64,000 nucleotides of DNA. It comes from Candidatus Multivoradales bacterium (GTDB lineage Bacteria; Acidobacteriota; Thermoanaerobaculia; Multivoradales; Multivoraceae). Below, one piece after another: positions 29,985 to 39,204 of the stretch (position 1 is its first letter; the number at the start of each line of letters is the position of its first letter). The notes under the pieces were generated by a model. It saw only the letters and a list, made by a program, of their open reading frames with translations. It made no database searches and had not been told where the DNA came from. Position numbers and translations under genes: made by a program. The DNA lies in assembly GCA_965223325.1 (NCBI GenBank), contig CBDCWI010000002.1, forward strand, positions 1,472,001-1,536,000, given 5' to 3'.

Positions 29985-31595
29985 ATGCGACCGATCGAAT
30001 TCCTCATCCTTCTGGTGCTGCTAGTCGCGGGCATCTCTCTCCTCATCGGCCGACGCCTACGGAGCCGCACCCTGCTGCTCTCGGGCGGTGCCCTGGCGTC
30101 GGTCCTCGTGATGCACCTTCTTCGCGAGGGCGGGCGCTGGCAGATGCTCCCGGCATACCTTCTTCTGGTCTCGATGTTCGTCGTGCAATGGAAACGACAG
30201 GCGCTTCCTGGTGGCCGAGAGCATCCGCTCGTCGAGCATTCGCTGGCGCGCAAGTTGACGGGCTTTGGTTTGCGCTTCTTGGCGCTGCCGCTCGCTCTTG
30301 CTCTGGCGCTTCTTCTTCCTTCGGCAATGGCAGTGCCCCACTTTCCAGCGCCCGGCGGGGACTTTGCCGTCGGCACACTCGACTTCGCGTTACGTTGGAA
30401 CGACCGACCGGAGGTCTTTACCGCCGAGCCCAACGATAGGCGCGAGATTCAGGTGCGCGTCTGGTACCCGGCTGCAGTCGGCACCGGTTCTGAGCCTGCC
30501 CCTTACCTCTCGAAAGAGGAGGCAGAGGGTCTGCGAGAGCTGCTGGGGAGCCTGACGCCGGGGGCCGACTTCTTGACTTCGCAGGCGCGCTTTGCCACCT
30601 CGAATGCCCACCGAGACGCGCCGTTGGTCAGCACCCCGACTCGGTTTCCGGTTCTGGTCTACTCGCACGGCTATTCGAGCTACGTTTCGCAGAACACGCC
30701 GCTCATGGAGGCGCTCGCGAGTGCCGGCTATGTGGTCTTCGCTCTCGGGCATACCTACGACGGTCTGGTGACGCTGCCCGGTGAGCGCGTCCTGGGCGTC
30801 GGACCACACGTAGCGGAGATGAACGAGGCAGGCCGGGCGCGGCAGGAACAGACGCTGGCCGATTTCGAGGTCCTGATATCGGGCACCGACCAGACTGCCC
30901 GTGCCGAGCGGACCCTGGCGATGGTCGAAGAAACGGCACGCGAGTTTGCCGCCGGTCGTGGCATCGGACGAAGCTGGCAGGAATGGATCGAGGATCGTGT
31001 GCGCTTCTTCGACACCCTGGAGGAGCTTCAGTCGGGCGTCCGGCCGTCGCCGTTTGTCGGCCGGCTCGACCTCGGTCGGATTGGTCTCCTCGGAATGTCT
31101 TTTGGTGGTGCAACGGCGGCCGAGGTATGCCATCGCGATGGGCGCTGTGTTGCTTCGATCAACCTCGACGGCGCCCAAATGCCATCCGTCGACTCGCAGC
31201 TCTTCGACACCCTGACGACCAAACCGCTCCTGATGCTCTATTCGTCTGATCCGACAACCGCCGCTACGCCAAGCCGTGACAATCCGAATGACTTTCAGGC
31301 CTTCAACGACTTCTACTACGAGCCCATCAGAACGCGCGGCACCCACGACCGCGTGGTTCGCATTCGGGTCGACGGAACTTCGCACCTTCACCTCTCCGAC
31401 TTCAGCCTGATGGTGCGCTGGATCCCGGGCGTCGCCAGTGAAACCCCGGGACCTCGCGTGACCGAGATCTTGAACCGCTACACCCTTGCCTTCTTCGACC
31501 GTCATCTACGCGGCGAGCCCGCACCGCTGCTCGACGGTCCGAGCGAAGAGTTCCCGGAGGTCACCTTCCAGACGTTCGGCCATCCCGTTCGTTAG
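29985..31595 (+). CDS. PAF-acetylhydrolase-like alpha/beta hydrolase with N-terminal TMs
   Basis: RWQMLPAY, FPVLVYSHGY, GMSFGG, INLDG and HLHLSD. Confidence 0.85.
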   Translation: MRPIEFLILLVLLVAGISLLIGRRLRSRTLLLSGGALASVLVMHLLREGGRWQMLPAYLLLVSMFVVQWKRQALPGGREHPLVEHSLARKLTGFGLRFLALPLALALALLLPSAMAVPHFPAPGGDFAVGTLDFALRWNDRPEVFTAEPNDRREIQVRVWYPAAVGTGSEPAPYLSKEEAEGLRELLGSLTPGADFLTSQARFATSNAHRDAPLVSTPTRFPVLVYSHGYSSYVSQNTPLMEALASAGYVVFALGHTYDGLVTLPGERVLGVGPHVAEMNEAGRARQEQTLADFEVLISGTDQTARAERTLAMVEETAREFAAGRGIGRSWQEWIEDRVRFFDTLEELQSGVRPSPFVGRLDLGRIGLLGMSFGGATAAEVCHRDGRCVASINLDGAQMPSVDSQLFDTLTTKPLLMLYSSDPTTAATPSRDNPNDFQAFNDFYYEPIRTRGTHDRVVRIRVDGTSHLHLSDFSLMVRWIPGVASETPGPRVTEILNRYTLAFFDRHLRGEPAPLLDGPSEEFPEVTFQTFGHPVR

Positions 31596-31607
31596 GTGCC
31601 GGCAGCA

Positions 31608-32012
31608 ATGATCGGTCTGGAGCGCGAGAACTACATCAGCCTGGTGACCTTCCGGAAGGACGGGCGCAAGGTGGCAACGCCCGTGTGGTTCGCCTCGACC
31701 GGCGGAGAGCTCTACGTGTTCACCATGGCCAACAGCGGCAAGGTGAAACGACTGCGCAACTCGAGCCGTTCACAGTTTGCCGCCTGCGACATTCGCGGAA
31801 CGGTCCATGCGGCGTGGTCCGACGCCGAAACGCACATCCTCGAAGATCCGGCGGAAGAGGAGTCCGCGCGGCTCGCGCTGCGCCGGAAGTACCGCGTCCA
31901 GATGGCGGTTGCCGACCTCTTCGGTCGACTGACCGGGCGGTCCCGGCATCGTGCCTATCTCAGAGTCACACCGCTCCGGAAAGAATCAGAAGGCGCGTCG
32001 GCGAGGCGATGA
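31608..32012 (+). CDS. PPOX-class (putatively F420-dependent) oxidoreductase
   Basis: YISLVTFRKDGRKVATPVWF, SGKVKRLRN and RRKY; alternative GTG start at 31596. Confidence 0.85.
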   Translation: MIGLERENYISLVTFRKDGRKVATPVWFASTGGELYVFTMANSGKVKRLRNSSRSQFAACDIRGTVHAAWSDAETHILEDPAEEESARLALRRKYRVQMAVADLFGRLTGRSRHRAYLRVTPLRKESEGASARR

Positions 32013-32482
32013 TCGAGCAGGCCTCTCCCGGGGACGTCCCGGCGATCGTCGCGCTCGTCAATGCGGCCTACGAAGTCGAAGCGTTCTTCGTCGAAGGGCC
32101 GCGAGTCGAGAGCGAAGAGATCGAGCGTGACCAGCGCGCCGGTCGACTGTTCGTTGGTCGTTCCAGGAGCGGTGCTCTCGAGGGCTGTGTGTTCTACGAG
32201 GGGCGAAGCAGCCACGGCTACTTCGGCCTCCTGGCAGTGGACCCCCGGGCTCAGGGTCGCGGACTGGGCAGGCAACTCGTGGCCTTCGTTGAAGACCGGG
32301 CGCGTGAAGAGGGGCTCGAGCGCATGAGAATAGCGGTCGTCAACCTACGAACGGAGCTGCCCGCCTGGTACGAAGCGTTGGGGTATCGATCGGTAGGCAC
32401 TGAGGCGTTCGAGAGCCCTCGCAAGAGGCAACCGGCGCACTTCGTGATCTACGAGAAGCAACTCCAACCCGAAGACTCCTGA
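32009..32482 (+). CDS. GNAT family N-acetyltransferase
   Basis: LAVDPRAQGRGLG acetyl-CoA motif, WYEALGY; ATGA overlap with the upstream gene. Confidence 0.9.
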   Translation: MIEQASPGDVPAIVALVNAAYEVEAFFVEGPRVESEEIERDQRAGRLFVGRSRSGALEGCVFYEGRSSHGYFGLLAVDPRAQGRGLGRQLVAFVEDRAREEGLERMRIAVVNLRTELPAWYEALGYRSVGTEAFESPRKRQPAHFVIYEKQLQPEDS

Positions 32483-32515
32483 GAGAGTAGGCGGCCGAGG
32501 GGCTATTCTGTCGAC

Positions 32516-33412
32516 ATGACGGATACCCCAGAGTCTCTGCGCCTCGAAGGCGCCGGCATCGAGCTCCAGGCCTACGACTACGGAAACAAGGACGCGCAAG
32601 GGATGATCCTGGTCCACGGAATCCAGGACCAGGCCCTCGGCCTCGCACCGTTGGCCGAGGCCTTCCGTGAGCGCTACCACGTCGTGTCGTTCGACCTGCG
32701 CGGCCACGGCGACAGCGACAAGCCCGGCATCTACGCCCTGCCCCACTTCGTCGCCGATCTCCACGCCGTCCTCGCGCAGGTGCAACTGCGTGACCCGGTC
32801 CTCGTGGGTCATAGCCTCGGTGGTCACATCGTCTCTTGGTACGGGGGGATCTTCGCCGAGGTGCCGAACGTGATCGTCAACATCGAGGGCATCGGTGCCC
32901 CATTCCGCGAAGACGCAGTTCCCGAGGAGAACCGGCAGTGGCGACTACGCAACGGCATCGCCAGCCTCTTGCGTCCCGGCGGTCACAAGCGCCCAATGGG
33001 TGACCTCGAAGACGCCTGGCATCTCTTCTGCCGTTTCCACCCGCGCATGGACCCCGAACACGCGCGCTACCTCGCCGAGGTCGGAACGTGCCCTCACCCC
33101 CACGGGGGTCTACAGTGGAAGTGGGATCCGCACGTCGAAACCGTCGGTCTGACGATGTCGCCGGAGGCGTCGCGCGCCCGCTGGGCAGCCATCGAGTGCC
33201 CCACCCTCGTCGTCACCGCCGCCGACTCCGCCGATTTCTACCGCGGTCGAGGTGGCATCGATCCCGAAGCCCAACCCGACCCCGACGAGATCACGCGCCG
33301 CGTGAGCCACTTCAAGAACGCCACCCACATCGAAATCGCCAACGCCGGCCACATGGTCCACTTCGACAACCCCAGCGACCTCATCCAGGCCATCACCACC
33401 TATTTGGGTTGA
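32516..33412 (+). CDS. alpha/beta fold hydrolase
   Basis: LVHG, DLRGHGDS, GHSLGG and AGHMVH. Confidence 0.9.
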   Translation: MTDTPESLRLEGAGIELQAYDYGNKDAQGMILVHGIQDQALGLAPLAEAFRERYHVVSFDLRGHGDSDKPGIYALPHFVADLHAVLAQVQLRDPVLVGHSLGGHIVSWYGGIFAEVPNVIVNIEGIGAPFREDAVPEENRQWRLRNGIASLLRPGGHKRPMGDLEDAWHLFCRFHPRMDPEHARYLAEVGTCPHPHGGLQWKWDPHVETVGLTMSPEASRARWAAIECPTLVVTAADSADFYRGRGGIDPEAQPDPDEITRRVSHFKNATHIEIANAGHMVHFDNPSDLIQAITTYLG

Positions 33413-33512
33413 ACCCCCAGGGACCCGGTTTGAAAAGGGCGGTTCTAGGGATTCTCGGGGTGAAAGGGCTTTCGTTTGGCGGATTCTGGTCAATGCAGGG
33501 GTTTCGATTTGG

Positions 33513-35378
33513 CTACTTCTTGGAATTCTCCACCCAGTCTCGCATGCGCTGATCGAGGACCGAAAGCGGTAGCGCGCCCGCACCGAGCAGGTGGTCGTGG
33601 AAGGCACGGATATCGAATGCCTCGCCCAGTTCGGCCTCGGCGTGGGTTCGGAGTTCCTTCATCTTGAGCTCACCGATCTTGTAGGCAAGGGCCTGGCCCG
33701 GCATGACGATGTAGCGGTCGATCTCGACCGTGATGTCGTGCTCAGACTTGCCCGAGTTGGCCACGAAGTAGTCGATCGCTTGTTGCCGCGACCAGCCCTT
33801 GGCGTGCATTCCGGTATCGACCACCAGACGGATGGCCCGCCACATCTCGTAGGTGAGTTGACCGAAGCGTGAGTACGGGTCCTTGTAGAAGCCGAGCTCC
33901 GGCCCGAGTGACTCGGAGTACAGGCCCCACCCCTCGACGAAGGCGGTCGAGCCGCTGCTGCCACCAAAGCGACGGAAATCCGGCAGGTCTAGAAGCTCTT
34001 CTGAAAGCGCGATCTGCAGGTGGTGTCCCGGCATCGCTTCGTGAATGGTGAGGGCTTCCATCTCCCACTTCGGTCGCGCCGGGAGGTTGTAGGTGTTGGC
34101 GTAGAAGGTCCCCGAACGGCCGGCCCGCGACGACCCCGGGTTGTAGTACGCGGTAGTCGTTGTCTTCTCGGAGTAGGCGGGCACCGGCTCGACTCCGTAG
34201 GGTAGGCGCGGAAGCTTGCCAAACATCCTCGGCAGGCGGGCGTCGATGCGTTTGGCGATGTCGCGGTAGCTGCGCAGCAGTTCTTCTTTGTCGGTGAAGA
34301 AAAACTGCGGGTCGGTGCGCAGGAACTCGAAGAACTCATCCAACGTGCCCTCGAAGCCTGCTTCCTCTCTGACCTCCTCCATCTGTGCCCGGATTCGCTT
34401 CACTTCGCTCTTGCCAATCTGGTGGATCTCTTCGGGAGTCAAGTCGGTGGTCGTCTGGACCCGCACGTTGTGGGCGTACCAGGCGGCACCGTCCGGCAGA
34501 TCGGCGAGGGCAATGGACTCGCGGGTGTTCGGAAAATAGTTCTCCGTCCAATACTCATGAAGCTGGCGGTAGGCAGGCATGACGTGCTCCTCGAGCACCC
34601 TTTTCCCGTCCGCTTGCAGCCTCTCCGTCGCAGCCTCTCCAATCGAAGCCGGTAGATCGGCGAAGACGGTGCGGTAGATCGGATGTTCGAGCACTTCTCC
34701 GCTACCCAGCATGGCGAGCTGCTCACCCACTCCACGCAGCGTGATCTTCGGCGGCGTGATTCCTCTCTTTTTGCCTTCTTCGAGAAGCGCAATGACCTGC
34801 TCCATCATCTCCGGGGACTTCTCGAGGCGTGAGACCAACGCCTCGACGTGCCCCTGATTGAGGCGCGGCGCCATCATCGCGACCTGCGGCAGCATCGTCA
34901 CCAACCCACCCATCTGGTTGAGTGGCATGAGCTCGTCAGGGAAACGCTCACCGGCCACTGCCAGCTGCGCGCCGCGCAGGAAGAGGTCGTAGTTCAACTG
35001 GTCCTCGGTCGAGAGGAGGCTGCGATCGATGCCCTGGAGTTTCTCGAGCAACTCGCGGGCGTGTTGCCGCCGGCGCGAGTGGGCGGAAGCCGAGATGTCG
35101 GGCAGCTCGTCGAGCCCCTGCTCGAGACCGAGGAACGTGGCCATCAGGGGGTTGTCGTCGAGCTGCCACTGCCACTCCTGGTCAAACAGCTCGTGTAGCC
35201 GGGCACCTTCGCCAGGCTCGTCGGCGACAGTCGCTTCGGTAACAGGCTCTTCGGAGAGGGTTCGACCAGCCACACTCTGGACCGTCAGAAGGCCAAGCGA
35301 CACCAAAAACACCACCGGGCCAAAGACCCGGCGCCTCGGACACGCCCAATGAGCGTTCACAACCGGCGAGTTCATCAT
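33513..35378 (-). CDS. DUF885 family protein (putative metallopeptidase)
   Basis: HEAMPGHHLQ, EGWGLYSE and PGQALAYKIG; signal-like N-terminus; start uncertain. Confidence 0.9.
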   Translation of the reverse strand: MMNSPVVNAHWACPRRRVFGPVVFLVSLGLLTVQSVAGRTLSEEPVTEATVADEPGEGARLHELFDQEWQWQLDDNPLMATFLGLEQGLDELPDISASAHSRRRQHARELLEKLQGIDRSLLSTEDQLNYDLFLRGAQLAVAGERFPDELMPLNQMGGLVTMLPQVAMMAPRLNQGHVEALVSRLEKSPEMMEQVIALLEEGKKRGITPPKITLRGVGEQLAMLGSGEVLEHPIYRTVFADLPASIGEAATERLQADGKRVLEEHVMPAYRQLHEYWTENYFPNTRESIALADLPDGAAWYAHNVRVQTTTDLTPEEIHQIGKSEVKRIRAQMEEVREEAGFEGTLDEFFEFLRTDPQFFFTDKEELLRSYRDIAKRIDARLPRMFGKLPRLPYGVEPVPAYSEKTTTTAYYNPGSSRAGRSGTFYANTYNLPARPKWEMEALTIHEAMPGHHLQIALSEELLDLPDFRRFGGSSGSTAFVEGWGLYSESLGPELGFYKDPYSRFGQLTYEMWRAIRLVVDTGMHAKGWSRQQAIDYFVANSGKSEHDITVEIDRYIVMPGQALAYKIGELKMKELRTHAEAELGEAFDIRAFHDHLLGAGALPLSVLDQRMRDWVENSKK

Positions 35379-35653
35379 CGGAAAGGTCTCCTCGAAAAAG
35401 TGGTCTATGCAGCCTACCGTGGGCAATCAGAGCTACCGGTGGCCGGTCCGGGCAATGGTCGTTCTCGCCGACGACTATCTTTCGCACTGGACTTCTGCTT
35501 ATACTCTCTCCTGTAAGGCGCTTCCCGGTTTGGCGTCCCTCGAGTCCCGCGGCGGTTCCCGACGCGCCGAGACTTCTCGCACGCTAAATCCAGTAGCTCC
35601 GCCTTGACCGGCCCCGCATAGCGACGGGTAGGTCGGATCTGCGGAGTCCCAAC

Positions 35654-37069
35654 ATGTCTTTTCAGAAGCTCGGCCTCGAGGCCGAACTCCTGCGCGCCAT
35701 CGCTGCGCAGGACTACGATCGACCTACGCCCATCCAGACGAAAGCGATTCCGGTCGTCCTCGGCGAGCACGACGTTCTCGCTCGTGCCCAGACCGGCACC
35801 GGCAAGACAGCCGCGTTCACCCTTCCCATGCTTCAGCTGCTCAGCGGCCGCCCGCGCCCTGAGGGTAGAGAGCGCCTACCGCGTGCTCTGGTCCTGACCC
35901 CGACCCGCGAACTCGCCACCCAGGTGCACGAGAGTGTTCGCACCTACGGCCAGAACCTGCGCATGCGTTCCACGGTCATCTTCGGCGGGGTCGGTATCGA
36001 GCCCCAGAAGAAAGCACTGCGCCGCGGCGTCGACATCGTTGTCGCCACCCCCGGCCGGCTGCTCGATCACGCCGGTCAGCGCACCGTCGACCTCTCGGCG
36101 ATCGAAATCCTGGTGCTCGACGAAGCCGATCGCATGCTCGACATGGGTTTTATCCATGACATCAAGCGCATCATGGCGCTGCTGCCAGAACGCCGCCAGA
36201 ACCTCCTGTTTTCAGCCACCTTCTCGCGCGACATCGAGCGCCTCGCCGATCGCCTGCTCCACCGCCCGAAACGGGTTGAAGTCGAGGCGCAGAACACCGC
36301 CGCCGAAACCGTCGAGCAGCACATCTACCGGGTCGAGAAGGATCAGAAGCGTGACCTCCTGGTGCACCTGATCCAGGACGGCGCCTGGGACCAGGTCCTG
36401 GTTTTCACGCGCACCAAACACGGCGCCAACCGCCTCGCCAAACAACTCGAGCGCCACGGCATCGAGGCCGCAGCGATTCACGGCAACAAGTCGCAGGGGG
36501 CCCGCACCCGTGCCCTGGCCAGCTTCAAGGCCGGCCAGGTCCGCGTTCTAGTGGCCACCGACATCGCCGCGCGCGGGCTCGATATCGAAAGCCTGCCGCA
36601 CGTCGTCAACTACGAGCTACCCAACGTCTCCGAGGACTACGTCCATCGCATCGGCCGCACCGGCCGGGCCGGGGAAGAAGGAACCGCTATCTCGCTGGTG
36701 AGCGCAGAAGAGGTGAAACACCTTCGCGGCATCGAGCGCCTGCTGCGGCGACGCATTCCCGCGATCGAGGTTCCTGTGTTCACGCTGCCGCCTGCGAAGC
36801 CGATTCGCCGGGCCGTCCCGCACCAGGACCCCAAGCCCAGGCAGGGTCGTCGTCGCAAGGCCAACAAGAAGAAGGCCCACTCCAACGCACGCCCCGGGCA
36901 GGCACGCCTCGGACAGTCTCGCCCCGGACAGTCTCGCGGACAGGGACGATCGGGGCTGGGACCCCAGGGTGCTTCCGGCGCCACGTCAGGCGGTCCATCG
37001 CCAGCCGGGTCGCGCAAGCGCCGCGGGCGCAACCGCCCGCGACGAACAACGAGCAGCGCATCCAACTGA
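35654..37069 (+). CDS. rhlE: DEAD-box RNA helicase, RhlE-like
   Basis: Q motif, [41 protein letters not shown] and [10 protein letters not shown]; basic C-terminal tail. Confidence 0.9.
   Translation: MSFQKLGLEAELLRAIAAQDYDRPTPIQTKAIPVVLGEHDVLARAQTGTGKTAAFTLPMLQLLSGRPRPEGRERLPRALVLTPTRELATQVHESVRTYGQNLRMRSTVIFGGVGIEPQKKALRRGVDIVVATPGRLLDHAGQRTVDLSAIEILVLDEADRMLDMGFIHDIKRIMALLPERRQNLLFSATFSRDIERLADRLLHRPKRVEVEAQNTAAETVEQHIYRVEKDQKRDLLVHLIQDGAWDQVLVFTRTKHGANRLAKQLERHGIEAAAIHGNKSQGARTRALASFKAGQVRVLVATDIAARGLDIESLPHVVNYELPNVSEDYVHRIGRTGRAGEEGTAISLVSAEEVKHLRGIERLLRRRIPAIEVPVFTLPPAKPIRRAVPHQDPKPRQGRRRKANKKKAHSNARPGQARLGQSRPGQSRGQGRSGLGPQGASGATSGGPSPAGSRKRRGRNRPRRTTSSASN
36890..36946 (+). repeat. 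15-bp tandem repeat in the helicase C-tail (RPGQ[A/S] units)
   Basis: cgccccgggcaggca cgcctcggacagtct cgccccggacagtct cgcggacaggga. Confidence 0.8.
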
Positions 37070-37220
37070 TGGGTTGCCGAACGGCAGAAAGCCAAGATCC
37101 CGGAACCCTCTTCCCTTCCAACAGCTTTCCAGATCCTTAGCCAGCAATGGCCAAGACCGCTCCCCGAGTTCTGTGTGTGGACTCGGTGGCGCCTTTTCTC
37201 AACACACAGACTGAGGACAG

Positions 37221-37496
37221 ATGATGAACATCTACGTAGGAAACCTTTCGTTCAAAACCACTGAAGACGAACTCCGCAAGGTCTTCGAAGAATTCGGTGC
37301 ACTCTCGAGCTGCAGCCTGATCATCGACCGGGCGACGGGGCAGTCGAAGGGTTTCGCTTTCGTCGAAATGGACGACGACTCCGAGGCCAACGCCGCGATC
37401 CAGGCTCTCAACGACACGGATCTCGGTGGCCGCAACATCAAGGTCAACCAAGCCAAGCCGCGGGCCGAGCGCCCGCAGCGCGACCGCCGCTGGTAG
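37221..37496 (+). CDS. RRM-type RNA-binding protein
   Basis: RNP2 IYVGNL, RNP1 KGFAFVEM, C-terminal KPRAERPQRDRRW; GAGGA RBS. Confidence 0.95.
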   Translation: MMNIYVGNLSFKTTEDELRKVFEEFGALSSCSLIIDRATGQSKGFAFVEMDDDSEANAAIQALNDTDLGGRNIKVNQAKPRAERPQRDRRW

Positions 37497-37598
37497 TCCC
37501 ATAGGGCTCGGGGCGGTCGAGGTGTGCAAACGCCTCGGCTCCACCGCGAGCCACAGCGACCGCGCCGAGAAGGTTCTCGGTGGCGGTGGCTAGAAATT

Positions 37599-37645
37599 GC
37601 CGCGCCTTGGTGTCCTCTAGGGAGGCCACCAAGCGCGGCTTTTTT
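37599..37645 (+). terminator. rho-independent terminator
   Basis: GCCGCGC...GCGCGGC long GC stem followed by TTTTTT. Confidence 0.8.
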
Positions 37646-37891
37646 GTCCATGCATAACGCGAGAGACCCCGACAGAACCCAACGCACTGGACTCCTCTTC
37701 AAGGCTTGATGGTCGTTGGCACGATGATGTCGCCGTTCATCAAGCGGATCGCGGTTGCCAGCCCTTAGGGTGGTCGCGGCCCCGGGACCGGGGTAGCTGG
37801 TTACCAACTCGGCCCACTCGCGCCGCCCTACGTGCACTAAGCTCCGTCCTCGATACTGGCTGGTGATCGAACCGGCAGATTCGAGCCGACC

Positions 37892-39148
37892 ATGCACGAC
37901 TCCCCGAGTTCCTCCGCCTCCCCGCCGGGCACGGACCTCCACAAGCGCCTCGCAGCCAACGTCTGGAAGCTCTACGTCATCCGGATGTTCTTCTGGATGC
38001 ACTTCATCAGTGCGGTGCTGGTGCCCTTCTACCGTGACTGGGGAGGGCAGAGCCTGGGCATGATCCTGTTGATCAACGGCTGGTTCATGCTCTGGTGTTT
38101 CCTGCTCGAGATTCCAACCGGCACCGTCGCCGACCTGCTCGGCCGACGGGTCTCCCTGATTCTGGGTGCACTGGTAGCAGCGGTCGCCTTTCTGATCTAC
38201 ACCAGCGCACCGAGCCTGCCACGGTTTCTATTCGCCGAGGTGCTTTCGGCAACCGCCTTCACTCTCATGTCGGGTGCCGACGCCGCAATGATGTGGGACA
38301 CCCTGCGCGATCTCGGGCGCACCGGCGACGCCGACCGCAGCTATCGCCTGCTCGAGGCCGCTCAGCAGACAGGCATCGTGCTCGGCGCCCTCGGCGGCAG
38401 CGTCATTGCCTACTACACCTCGGTGCGCTGGCCACTGGCCGCACAGGCGGTCCCAACGACGATCGCCGCATTGGTGGCGTGGAGCCTGGTCGAACCCGCC
38501 TCGCACCGCGCCCTGAAGCGACCGACGTTTGGCGACATCTTCGGCGCTGGCCTGCGTACCTTCTTCGGCAGCACCATCTTGAAGGCCCTGGCGTTCGACA
38601 TGGTGTTCTCGGCTGTCATCGCCTGGATGGTCATCTGGACGTACCAGCCGCTGCTCGAGGGCGCCGCCGTTCCGCTGTTCTGGTTCGGTACCGTGCACGC
38701 GTTCATGAGCCTGTCGCAGATCGCCTTTCTTGCGCGCGCGGCAACGATCGAACGCTGGCTGGGGTCGAAGAAGAGGTTGCTATTCCTCGGCCCGCTGGTG
38801 GTCGGTGCCGGCTATCTCGTTCTAGGAACCGTCCGGGTGCCGCCCATCGTTGTACTGGCGATCCTCGCCATCGCGGCCTTTGGCCTCGCACGCCCGACTC
38901 TTTACATGGCGCTCTTGAATCCTCATATCGAGTCCGAGCAGCGGGCCACCGTGCTCAGTGTGGTGGGTATGTTCAGAACCCTCGCGATCGCCATCGCCTA
39001 CCTTCCGATCGGCCAGCTCGCCAACCGCTCGGTTCACGAGTTGGCGACCGTGCTCGGCGTCTGTGCGCTGCTCGGAGCGGGTCTCAGCTGGTTCCTGTGG
39101 TCACGAAGGGAGCTCGACGGGAGCCTGGCCGCCGAACGCACTGGCTAG
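37892..39148 (+). CDS. MFS transporter
   Basis: EIPTGTVADLLGRR (motif A), SGADAA and RATVLS; about 12 TMs. Confidence 0.9.
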   Translation: MHDSPSSSASPPGTDLHKRLAANVWKLYVIRMFFWMHFISAVLVPFYRDWGGQSLGMILLINGWFMLWCFLLEIPTGTVADLLGRRVSLILGALVAAVAFLIYTSAPSLPRFLFAEVLSATAFTLMSGADAAMMWDTLRDLGRTGDADRSYRLLEAAQQTGIVLGALGGSVIAYYTSVRWPLAAQAVPTTIAALVAWSLVEPASHRALKRPTFGDIFGAGLRTFFGSTILKALAFDMVFSAVIAWMVIWTYQPLLEGAAVPLFWFGTVHAFMSLSQIAFLARAATIERWLGSKKRLLFLGPLVVGAGYLVLGTVRVPPIVVLAILAIAAFGLARPTLYMALLNPHIESEQRATVLSVVGMFRTLAIAIAYLPIGQLANRSVHELATVLGVCALLGAGLSWFLWSRRELDGSLAAERTG

Positions 39149-39204
39149 GATCAGCTGGTCGCGGCGAGTTGCAGCTTTCCGAGTTATCGTTAGAATCCTA
39201 CGCA

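Noticed and set aside
37497-37891. Possible tRNA, SRP or tmRNA in the large gap
   Set aside because: No T-loop/CCA cloverleaf and no SRP GGAA helix-8 motif; kept only as an unassigned structured RNA.
38095-39204. Apparent 370-aa N-terminal extension of the GT2 (644-aa ORF)
   Set aside because: It overlaps the MFS gene in another frame and is Arg-rich noise; the real start is at 39205.
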